A DNA stretch of 13,085 nucleotides from Fusobacteriota bacterium (GCA_051746725.1 JBNJFI010000050.1:1-13085); one strand, 5' to 3'. Shown: positions 1 through 7,684, counted from the stretch's first letter. Numbers and translations: made by a program. The notes: generated from the sequence alone by a model not told the origin.

Positions 1-435
1 TTAATTTATTTCATTTAATAATAATTCCCTGAATTTTAAATCATCTGAATTTTTTCTTTTTTTGGGACCTGAAATTTTATTTCCGGCTTCTCTTGCTTTT
101 CTGTTTATATACCGCTGAAACATCAACGATTCAATATTAATTTTAGTATATTTAAATCCTTTGGGGTTTAATACGGCATGACTATTTTTTATAACAATTG
201 AAGCTAATCCATAATCTTGAGTTATAACTATATCCTCTTTTTGAGTTATATTTTTTATTTTAAAATCAACCGAATCATTTCCCTGGTCCACTGTTATAAC
301 TTTCGCATTTTCAGCCTCTAATTCATGATTTACATCGACTACCATTATAAGATCTAATTTGTAATTTTTTGAAATATCTTCGCAAATTTCTCGGACATTT
401 TTAGGACATCCATCGGCATCTATTATTATTCTCAT
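1..435 (-). CDS. YaiI/YqxD family protein (DUF188, PIN-like fold)
   Basis: N-terminal IIIDADGCP, DSVD, and DIVITQDYGLA motifs typical of YaiI/YqxD; GAGG RBS upstream. Confidence 0.9.
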   Translation of the reverse strand: MRIIIDADGCPKNVREICEDISKNYKLDLIMVVDVNHELEAENAKVITVDQGNDSVDFKIKNITQKEDIVITQDYGLASIVIKNSHAVLNPKGFKYTKINIESLMFQRYINRKAREAGNKISGPKKRKNSDDLKFRELLLNEIN

Positions 436-453
436 GTTTTCCTCTTTTTTAGT

Positions 454-633
454 TTAATTATATTCACTTCTATTATAAATTATATCTTCTAGCTTTATCT
501 TATTTAAGTTATCAACTTTTTTGGAAATTTCATTAAATTTTTCTCCGTATTTTTCTATCCATTCTTTCTTAGATAGTTTTGAATCTTTCATAAGTTTTAT
601 TTGATATTCATTATAATTTTTTAATCTTGACAT
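454..633 (-). CDS. Small hypothetical protein, 59 aa (MSRLKNYNEYQIKLMKDSKLSKKEWIEKYGEKFNEISKKVDNLNKIKLEDIIYNRSEYN)
   Basis: Translated by hand, absent from the ORF track. Strong AGGAGG RBS just before the ATG, TAA stop 18 nt before the yaiI-like start, and a promoter upstream. Confidence 0.75.
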   Translation of the reverse strand: MSRLKNYNEYQIKLMKDSKLSKKEWIEKYGEKFNEISKKVDNLNKIKLEDIIYNRSEYN

Positions 634-707
634 CTACCCTCCTAAATTATATCTAAAAATTCTTTTTTATCTTATTTTGAGCAAATTATCAACACTATTA
701 CATGATT

Positions 708-736
708 ATTATAACATATTTATATCCTTTCCACAA
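708..736 (-). promoter_or_regulatory. Sigma70 promoter with extended -10 for the small ORF and yaiI-like gene
   Basis: Minus strand TTGTGG-N17-TATAAT with TG-N-TATAAT extended -10. Confidence 0.6.
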
Positions 737-793
737 TATTAATTTTTATTTTTACTACTTTAAAGTTCTTAGTTCCTAAAATTATTTTCCATC

Positions 794-846
794 AAAAACT
801 ACAAAAATAACTAGAAAGAATCTTCCTAGTTATTTTTGTAGTTTTT
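794..846 (-). terminator. Intrinsic terminator of the sugar ABC operon (possibly bidirectional)
   Basis: 21-bp perfect inverted repeat AAAAACTACAAAAATAACTAG / CTAGTTATTTTTGTAGTTTTT, 19 nt downstream of the permease stop. Confidence 0.8.
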
Positions 847-865
847 ATTATATTTTACTTTTTAT

Positions 866-1981
866 TTATGCTTTTTTCTTCTTATTTAATACGTCAAACC
901 AAACTGCTATTATAATTATAGCACCCTTTACAATTAACTGATAAAAACTAGGAACTCCCATTAAACTCATTCCGTTATTTATTATCCCAATTATAAATGC
1001 ACCTATTATTGATCCTGTTATTGTCCCAGAACCACCACTTAAACTAGTACCACCAATAACAACAGCAGCAATTGTATCTAATTCAAACATATTTCCTAAG
1101 TTTGGAGAAGCTCCATTTAATCTAGATGCTAATATTATACCAGATATAGAAGATAATGTAGTTACAGCCATAAATACATACATATTTATTTTAAATATAT
1201 TTATCCCTGATAATCTTGCTGCTTCTTCATTTCCTCCAGTGGCATATATATTTCTACCAAATTTTGTTTTTCTAAGAATAAATACTCCTAAAAGAACTAA
1301 AACAGCAAATATAGCAACTGGAACTGGAATTCCCTTATAAGCTATAAACACCCAGAACAGAAATAAAACTCCAACTATTTTAGCTATTAATCCTCCAAAT
1401 AATTTCCCTTTGTTTATTTCCAAACCATATTGTTTTTGTTTTTTTATTTTCGCAAAAGTCATATAAATAACAAACCCCAGCAAAGCTAATATGACAATAC
1501 CAGATATATTCGTCGATATATATTCTCCACCAATTTTAGGAAATAAATTATTTCTAACTGGAATTGAACTTCCTCCTGATAATGTCAATGCTAATCCTCT
1601 AGCAATGGTCATCATACCTAAAGTTATTATAAAAGCAGGAATCTTATAATGTGCAATCCAAAACCCATTCCATGCTCCTATTGCAACACCAGTTATTAAT
1701 ATAGTTAATACCACAGCTAACCAAACTGGAATACCTTTTTCCATTAACATGGTTACCACAACTGCTGATAAACCCACGACAGAACCTACTGATAAATCAA
1801 TTCCTCCTAAAAGAATTACCATTGTCATTCCTACAGCAATTACACCTATTATCGTAACTTGTCTAAATACATTTGTTAAGTTTCTAGGAGTAAGGAAATC
1901 TCCCCCACTTAAAAAAGTCAGTAATACAGCGATTCCAATTAAAGCTATTAATGTTGCATTATTTTTTAAAATTTTTTTCAT
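866..1981 (-). CDS. xylH: Monosaccharide ABC transporter permease, XylH/GguB-like
   Basis: Very hydrophobic; GGIDLSVGS, IPAFIITLG, FGRNIYATGGNEEAARLSGI and ELDTIAAVVIGGTSLSGG motifs of CUT2 permeases. Confidence 0.85.
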   Translation of the reverse strand: MKKILKNNATLIALIGIAVLLTFLSGGDFLTPRNLTNVFRQVTIIGVIAVGMTMVILLGGIDLSVGSVVGLSAVVVTMLMEKGIPVWLAVVLTILITGVAIGAWNGFWIAHYKIPAFIITLGMMTIARGLALTLSGGSSIPVRNNLFPKIGGEYISTNISGIVILALLGFVIYMTFAKIKKQKQYGLEINKGKLFGGLIAKIVGVLFLFWVFIAYKGIPVPVAIFAVLVLLGVFILRKTKFGRNIYATGGNEEAARLSGINIFKINMYVFMAVTTLSSISGIILASRLNGASPNLGNMFELDTIAAVVIGGTSLSGGSGTITGSIIGAFIIGIINNGMSLMGVPSFYQLIVKGAIIIIAVWFDVLNKKKKA

Positions 1982-3532
1982 TTAATTATTCTCCTTTCCA
2001 AAATTACCAGTTGCATAAGCTATTACCTTTTCCTTTGTCGCTTCTTCTCTATCCATTTGAGCCACCATTTTACCTTCACACATAACTGCTATAGTATCAC
2101 TCATCCCCATTATTTCCGGCAATTCAGAAGATATCATTATAATTGCCACTCCTTGAGCTGCAAGTTTATTTATTAATCTATAAATCTCTGTTTTAGCTCC
2201 TACATCAATACCTCTAGTTGGTTCATCCAATATTAAAACTTTTGGTTTAGTTGCTAACCACTTTCCAATTATTACTTTTTGTTGATTCCCACCACTTAAA
2301 GTTTTTAAATTTACATCTATACTCGGTGTTTTAGTATTTAATTCTCTAACATAATTTTCTGTTATTTCTCTTCCTTCTAATTCATCTAAAACTCCAAATT
2401 TATTAGAAGTTTCATCTAATACTTGTGAAGTTGTAGTCGTATTGAAAACTAAACTTTGATTCAAAAATAACCCTAACTCTTTTCGATCTTCTGTGATCAG
2501 TCCCATTCCCTCTTTTATTGCATCTTCCGGTCTTCTTATATTTAATTTTTTTCCATTTAAATAAATTTCACCTGCTACATCATTTGGAAAAGCGCCAAAG
2601 ATCCCTGTTACTAGTTCAGTTCTTCCAGCTCCCATTAATCCTGATATACCAAATACTTCTCCGGCCTTTACATCAAAGTTTACTTCTTCAACCATTTTCT
2701 CTCCTGCCAAAAAAGGGTGATCAACATTGAAGTTTTTAACTTCCAACACTTTTTTACCTATTTCAGCTTTCTTTTTAGGGAACATATCACTAATATCTCT
2801 TCCAACCATTCTTGTTATAATGCTATCTAAAGTAACATCTTCTATTGAAGTTATTTCACCTATTGTTTTTCCATCTCTCAATACCGCAATTTTATCTCCT
2901 ATTTCTTTAAATTCATCCATTTTGTGGGAAATATAAATCATAGCAACATTATCTTTTTTTAATTTTTTTATAACTTTAAATAACTCCGAAACTTCTTTTT
3001 CTGTTAAAGCTGATGTAGGTTCATCAAAAACTAAAACCTTTGCATCCAATGATAAGGCCTTAGCGATTTCTACCATCTGCTGTCTTCCAACAGTAAGTTT
3101 TTTAATTTTTTGTGTTACATCGATATCATCTATATTTAATAAACCTAACACCTTTCGCGCCTCTTGATTTAATTTATCCCAATCAATTGCTCCAAATTTA
3201 TTTGTAAATTGCCTACTTAAAAAGAGATTCTCTGCAACACTTAATTCAGGTATTAAATTTAGCTCTTGGTGTATTATTGCTATTCCTTCTTTCTCTGCTT
3301 CTCTGGTATTTTTAAATCTTTTTAATTCTCCACGTACTATTATATCACCTTCATAAGTTGGATAAGGCCAAACTCCACTTAAAACTTTCATTAATGTAGA
3401 TTTACCAGCTCCATTTTCTCCTGCTAAAACTAATACTTCTCCGGGGTAGGCTTTAAAATCAACATGATCAAGAGCTCTAACACCGGGAAAATCCTTTATT
3501 ATATTTTTCATCTCTAATATCGGTTTTGCCAC
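1982..3532 (-). CDS. xylG: Monosaccharide ABC transporter ATP-binding protein with two ABC domains, XylG-like
   Basis: Walker A GENGAGKST, LSGVWPYPTYEG (XylG-type), DEPT Walker B twice, LSGGNQQK signature; GTG start. Confidence 0.9.
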   Translation of the reverse strand: MAKPILEMKNIIKDFPGVRALDHVDFKAYPGEVLVLAGENGAGKSTLMKVLSGVWPYPTYEGDIIVRGELKRFKNTREAEKEGIAIIHQELNLIPELSVAENLFLSRQFTNKFGAIDWDKLNQEARKVLGLLNIDDIDVTQKIKKLTVGRQQMVEIAKALSLDAKVLVFDEPTSALTEKEVSELFKVIKKLKKDNVAMIYISHKMDEFKEIGDKIAVLRDGKTIGEITSIEDVTLDSIITRMVGRDISDMFPKKKAEIGKKVLEVKNFNVDHPFLAGEKMVEEVNFDVKAGEVFGISGLMGAGRTELVTGIFGAFPNDVAGEIYLNGKKLNIRRPEDAIKEGMGLITEDRKELGLFLNQSLVFNTTTTSQVLDETSNKFGVLDELEGREITENYVRELNTKTPSIDVNLKTLSGGNQQKVIIGKWLATKPKVLILDEPTRGIDVGAKTEIYRLINKLAAQGVAIIMISSELPEIMGMSDTIAVMCEGKMVAQMDREEATKEKVIAYATGNFGKENN

Positions 3533-3582
3533 TTAAAAACACACCTTCTTTCCTAATTGCATTGATATATCTATTTTGAAGA

Positions 3583-3600
3583 GCCTGCAAAATTGCAGGC
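3583..3600 (-). terminator. Intercistronic stem-loop after the binding-protein gene (partial terminator or mRNA stabiliser)
   Basis: GCCTGCAA-AA-TTGCAGGC inverted repeat with only a weak U tract. Confidence 0.55.
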
Positions 3601-3624
3601 CCTTACTCTTTTTACCAGTCTACT

Positions 3625-4701
3625 TTATTCTCCGTATATTGATTCTTCTGTATGGAACCCTGCAGCTATTACTGTTTCTTTTATATTATCTTTTGTTACT
3701 TTTACTATTGGAGTTACTATTGTTGGAACATCTTGGAAGTTATTATTGATCATTTTGTCATAATCAACTACATCTTCTACAGATTTATCAGGATTTTCAG
3801 CTAACTTTACTGCTGTTTGAGCAGCTCTTTCTGCCAAAGGTTTAATCTTTTTAAATACCTCTACAGCTTGTATTCCTTGAGCCACATATCTAATATTAGT
3901 TAATGCAGCATCTGATCCAGCTACAAATACTTTTTTGATATCAGCTAACTCTTCACCTTTTAATGCAGCAATTACTCCTCTTGCCATTCCACTATTGTTA
4001 CAAATAAATGCATCTATATTATTATCATATCTAGAAAGTGCATTTTCTGCTGTTTTCATTGCTTTTTCTGGAGACCATCCTTCATGTGACTGCTCTACAA
4101 CTAATTTTAATCCTGGATTATCCGCTATTATTTCTTTTGCTCCTGAACTCATCGCTATTGCATTCGAATCTCCTGGTTGACCTTTTATTAAGGCAACATT
4201 TCCTTCAACTTTACCTTTTTTGGCTTTCAACCAATCAATCATTGCCTCACCTTGTAATTTCCCAACAGCCCAGCTATCTTGCATAACATGAACATCTAAA
4301 GGTCCATCAACTAACATTGAATCATACCCTACAACTTTTACCCCTTCATCATGGGCCATTTTAACCATATTTCCAGCAGTACCAGTGTTTACTGGTTGTA
4401 AAACTATTACATCTACACCTCTTGCTAACATTGTTTCAAATTTAGAAAGTTGCGTTTGCTCTTTATTATTTGCTGAATCAAACACCACTTCATCTGCTCC
4501 TGCTGCATAAGCTGCTTCCATGAAGTATTTTTTATCTTTTTGATATCTTTCTTCTTGCATTGTCTTTAATAAAAAACCAATTTTTATCTTCCCGTCATCT
4601 TTTTTGTCTTTTCCTCCACCAAATAAGTTATCAAATATCCCCGCTTGAGCTGTTAATCCCATAACCAACACCATTAAACTTACTAAAATTCTTTTTTTCA
4701 T
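3625..4701 (-). CDS. xylF: Sugar ABC transporter substrate-binding protein, XylF-like, SPase I-type signal peptide
   Basis: ERYQKD, GVDVIVLQP, VVGYD, GSDA and EVFK motifs of the XylF/ChvE family; signal peptide ending AQA-G; AGGAGG RBS. Confidence 0.8.
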   Translation of the reverse strand: MKKRILVSLMVLVMGLTAQAGIFDNLFGGGKDKKDDGKIKIGFLLKTMQEERYQKDKKYFMEAAYAAGADEVVFDSANNKEQTQLSKFETMLARGVDVIVLQPVNTGTAGNMVKMAHDEGVKVVGYDSMLVDGPLDVHVMQDSWAVGKLQGEAMIDWLKAKKGKVEGNVALIKGQPGDSNAIAMSSGAKEIIADNPGLKLVVEQSHEGWSPEKAMKTAENALSRYDNNIDAFICNNSGMARGVIAALKGEELADIKKVFVAGSDAALTNIRYVAQGIQAVEVFKKIKPLAERAAQTAVKLAENPDKSVEDVVDYDKMINNNFQDVPTIVTPIVKVTKDNIKETVIAAGFHTEESIYGE

Positions 4702-4799
4702 AATACTACCTCCTAGTTTTTTTTTAGTACTTATTTTGTTATTACCATTGCTACCATTGCCGTCAGTAAACTTTAAAAATATAATGCCGTATTCACCTC

Positions 4800-5612
4800 C
4801 TACTTTTCATTATAAGCTTTATTATAAAATTTAATTTTCCGCTCTTGCAAAGTATCTAATTTCATAAAGACTGATGGATCTAAATTTTTTTCCTTATAAA
4901 TTTTTATCATATATATTTTATAATGTATATAATCTGCTGCAATCTCTACTAAAAATGGATTATCTGTAAATGTACCAATAAAATCTCCTTTAATCATTCC
5001 ACTTGCTATCAAAGAAGTTTTATCATCAATAACTAAAACCATTTTTTTCATCATATCTTTTGGCTTTATATTCATCTCAAATTTTTCTATAAATTCATTA
5101 TCTACATCTAATTTATCTTTAGTAAAAACAATAATTCTAACTCCTCTTTTTTGGAGTTCTTTTATTTCTTCTTTAAATTGTTGGAGCTCAATGTTAGTTA
5201 AACTAATATATACCTCTTCTTCTGCCATAAATAATAACTCTTTTACTTTTAAAACAAAGTTATTATATCCTTTTATATTCCAATATTGTTCTTGAGGCAT
5301 TACATCTCCAAATTTTGAAAACTCTTTTTCGAGTTTATCAGCACTTTCAGCATATTCTTTTTTGAGCTTTTTGAATAATACCTTGGGAGATTTTGCTCTA
5401 TACATATTACTTGATGAATCATCTGGTAATAAAAAAACCACCCCTCTTTTGTATAAATTATCTAACGCTGAGTAAACAGACGCTCTAGAAACTTTTAAAA
5501 GCTTAGCTATTTGAGAACCATTCAAAGAAGAATATTTGATCAAAGTAGTGTAAACCAATGCTTCTGTCTTTGAAAAATTAAATTTTTGCATTTCATTTAC
5601 TATGTTATCCAT
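4800..5612 (-). CDS. TrmB family sugar-sensing transcriptional regulator
   Basis: N-terminal wHTH FSKTEALVYTTL...GSQIAKLLKVSRASVYSALDNL, followed by a C-terminal effector domain (WNIKG...EEVYIS). Start moved from GTG 5624 to ATG 5612 because GAGGTG precedes the ATG. Confidence 0.88.
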   Translation of the reverse strand: MDNIVNEMQKFNFSKTEALVYTTLIKYSSLNGSQIAKLLKVSRASVYSALDNLYKRGVVFLLPDDSSSNMYRAKSPKVLFKKLKKEYAESADKLEKEFSKFGDVMPQEQYWNIKGYNNFVLKVKELLFMAEEEVYISLTNIELQQFKEEIKELQKRGVRIIVFTKDKLDVDNEFIEKFEMNIKPKDMMKKMVLVIDDKTSLIASGMIKGDFIGTFTDNPFLVEIAADYIHYKIYMIKIYKEKNLDPSVFMKLDTLQERKIKFYNKAYNEK

Positions 5613-5683
5613 ATCCCACCTCACATTGTTGTTCTCGTTATCCTGGGTTGTTGTTCAAAACTTACAACTCCTTAACTAACTAA

Positions 5684-5712
5684 AGTATACTCCATTTTTT
5701 GATCTTTGTCAA
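5684..5712 (-). promoter_or_regulatory. Sigma70 promoter of trmB-xylFGH
   Basis: Minus strand TTGACA-N17-TATACT. Confidence 0.75.
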
Positions 5713-5796
5713 GAAAAAAATAGTATTTTTTTACCACATTGGTTATTTTTTTCGCCTATTTTTTCACCATGATGTTTATTAAGTGCAAAAAATGCA

Positions 5797-5831
5797 AAAA
5801 GTGTTCTTTTTTTAAAAAAAAGAACACTTTT
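5797..5831. terminator. Near-perfect palindrome, probable terminator of the upstream xylF paralog
   Basis: AAAAGTGTTCTTTTTTT-A-AAAAAAAGAACACTTTT, about 50 nt downstream of the stop at 5882. Confidence 0.55.
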
Positions 5832-5881
5832 GCTACAAATTATAAGTATCGTAATATTTATTTTCTAGTTATTATTTTTTA

Positions 5882-7006
5882 TTAATAATTATATATATCG
5901 TTTCTAGAGTGAAAACCTGCAGCAATTACAGTTTCATCGATTGTATCTTTGGTTACTTTGACAATTGGTGTAACTATTGTGGGAACATCTTGGTAATTAT
6001 TACTTATCATTTTATCATATTCAACAACCGCTTCAATATCTTTTAATGGGTTTTCCGCTAATTTTACAGCAGTTTTAGCTGCCGTTTCAGCCAGCGGTCT
6101 TATTTTTTTAAATATCTCGACTGTCTGAATTCCCTGGGCAACATATTGTATATTTGCCAAAGCCGCATCTGATCCAGCTACAAATACTTGTTCAGAATCT
6201 GCTAGACCTCTTTCTTTAAGAGCTTCTATAACACCTTTTGCCATTCCGCTATTATTACAAATAAATGCATCAATATTACCATTATATTTATCTAATGCCT
6301 CAGAGGCTGTTTCTTTAGCCAATTCTGGAGACCATCCTTCATGGTATTTATCTACAACCAAATTTAAATTTGGATTACTTTTAACCGTTATTATAGCTCC
6401 TAAACTCATTGCTTTTGCATTAGAATCCCCTGGTTGCCCCTTGATCAAAGCTACATTTCCTTTAACTGCTCCTTTTTTATCTTTCATCCAATTTACCATG
6501 GCTTCACCTTGGATTCTTCCTACACTCCAACTATCTTGCATAACATGAACATCTAAAGGACCATTACTCAACATGGAATCATACCCCACAACTTTTATCC
6601 CTCTTTCATGGGCAATTTCTACCATTTCTCCAGCAGTATTTGTATTTACAGGTTGTAAAACTATCACATCTGCATTACGATCTAACATTTCTAAAAATTT
6701 CCTTTTTTGAACATCTTCATCATTGCCTGCAGAGTCAAAAATAACTTCATCAGCTCCTGAGGCATAAGCAGCTTTTATAAAAAACTCTTTGTCTTTTTCA
6801 TATCTTTCTTCTTGCATTGTCTTAAGTAAAAAACCTACTCTAATTATCTCACTTTCCGGCCTGGTTTCTTCAACTTCTTTTTCTTTAACCTGGTCGGTTT
6901 TCCTTTGGTAATCTTTCCCGGTAAATAAATTAGTACATCCCCCCAAAATTACTAAAAATGATCCTACCAAAATAAACCCTATAAATCTTTTTAATTGTCT
7001 TCTCAT
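5882..7006 (-). CDS. Second XylF-like sugar-binding protein, predicted lipoprotein
   Basis: Close paralog of 3625-4701 (shared GFLLKTMQEERY, GPLDVHVMQDSW, IDAFICNNSGMA, VPTIVTPIVKVTKD); lipobox LGGC; AGGAGG RBS. Confidence 0.85.
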   Translation of the reverse strand: MRRQLKRFIGFILVGSFLVILGGCTNLFTGKDYQRKTDQVKEKEVEETRPESEIIRVGFLLKTMQEERYEKDKEFFIKAAYASGADEVIFDSAGNDEDVQKRKFLEMLDRNADVIVLQPVNTNTAGEMVEIAHERGIKVVGYDSMLSNGPLDVHVMQDSWSVGRIQGEAMVNWMKDKKGAVKGNVALIKGQPGDSNAKAMSLGAIITVKSNPNLNLVVDKYHEGWSPELAKETASEALDKYNGNIDAFICNNSGMAKGVIEALKERGLADSEQVFVAGSDAALANIQYVAQGIQTVEIFKKIRPLAETAAKTAVKLAENPLKDIEAVVEYDKMISNNYQDVPTIVTPIVKVTKDTIDETVIAAGFHSRNDIYNY

Positions 7007-7085
7007 TCTAACCCCTCCTGTTTTTTAGTTTTTAGTATTATTTATCTTACTAAACTTTAAATTCATTTTAAAATTTAAATATTGT

Positions 7086-7125
7086 CAAAAATAAAAAAAC
7101 TGCCAATTCTAGAAATTGCAGATTT
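7086..7125 (-). terminator. Copy of the tRNA operon terminator
   Basis: CTGC..AAT...ATTGCAG hairpin followed on the minus strand by TTTTTTTATTTTTG, similar to 7416-7458. Confidence 0.6.
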
Positions 7126-7130
7126 CAAAA

Positions 7131-7151
7131 TGGTGGTTAGGGAATCTAACC
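7131..7151 (-). pseudogene. Collapsed tRNA-Tyr remnant (acceptor-stem microhelix)
   Basis: Minus strand GGTTAGATTCCCTAACCACCA is the 5' end and 3' end of the tRNA-Tyr at 7463-7548 joined at a shared TTCCC; flanks also match on both sides. Confidence 0.8.
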
Positions 7152-7275
7152 ATTATTCTTTTTATATAAGGACTAATTTAACTTGTTTATTAAAGCAAAT
7201 TTTAGTTCTTTAATTAATTTTTAACCAAAATCATTGATATATTTAGTTAAATTTAACTACATCATAACAGAACGC

Positions 7276-7304
7276 ATTATATCTAATCATTTGAATTTTG
7301 TCAA
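7276..7304 (-). promoter_or_regulatory. Perfect consensus sigma70 promoter
   Basis: Minus strand TTGACA-N17-TATAAT followed by GCG, with an A-tract upstream. Confidence 0.8.
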
Positions 7305-7415
7305 TGTGTTTTTTTTACTAAACCCACGCATTACTGCGATGATCAAAAAAAATATTCTTTTTTTAGGCATTATGATCTTATATAGTTTTAAATGTATGAA
7401 TTAAGAAGTTCTTTT

Positions 7416-7458
7416 CAAAAAATAAAAAAATCTGCAAATCCAAAAAAGATTGCAGTTT
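7416..7458 (-). terminator. Intrinsic terminator of the tRNA-Thr/Tyr operon
   Basis: CTGCA(A)ATC / GATTGCAG stem plus a long U tract on the minus strand, directly after the tRNA-Tyr CCA. Confidence 0.7.
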
Positions 7459-7462
7459 AAAA

Positions 7463-7548
7463 TGGTGGTTAGGGAAGGATTTGAACCTTCGAAGGCAACT
7501 GCCGGCAGATTTACAGTCTGCTCCCTTTGACCACTCGGGAACCTAACC
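7463..7548 (-). tRNA. tRNA-Tyr (GTA)
   Basis: GGTTAGGTTCCCGAGTGGTCAAAGGGAGCAGACTGTAAATCTGC...GGTTCAAATCCTTCCCTAACCACCA; long variable arm and encoded CCA. Confidence 0.97.
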
Positions 7549-7577
7549 ATTATTTTATTTATCCATAAGTATCAAAT

Positions 7578-7654
7578 TGGAGCCGCCTGCCCGAGTCGAA
7601 CGGGCGACCTACTGATTACAAGTCAGTTGCTCTGGCCATCTGAGCTAAGGCGGC
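7578..7654 (-). tRNA. tRNA-Thr (TGT)
   Basis: GCCGCCTTAGCTCAGATGGCCAGAGCAACTGACTTGTAATCAGT...GTTCGACTCGGGCAGGCGGCTCCA; full cloverleaf with encoded CCA. Confidence 0.97.
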
Positions 7655-7684
7655 TAATTGATATACCTCTTATAGACAGGCGTT

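Noticed and set aside
4702..4800. Intergenic frame open and in frame with xylF (possible N-terminal extension)
   Set aside because: No canonical start codon in that frame, and xylF has its own RBS and signal peptide at 4701
5613..5624. GTG start for trmB given in the ORF track
   Set aside because: The GTG overlaps the SD-like GAGGTG that precedes ATG 5612, which is the better start
7060..7088. TTGACA at 7083-7088 as a dedicated promoter for the xylF paralog
   Set aside because: No convincing -10 hexamer at 16-18 nt spacing
7131..7476. tRNA-Tyr 3'-end repeat read as attL/attR of an integrated element
   Set aside because: The copy also includes the tRNA 5' end, upstream spacer, promoter and terminator. 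Only about 310 bp separates the copies and no integrase is present, so tandem duplication with decay fits better
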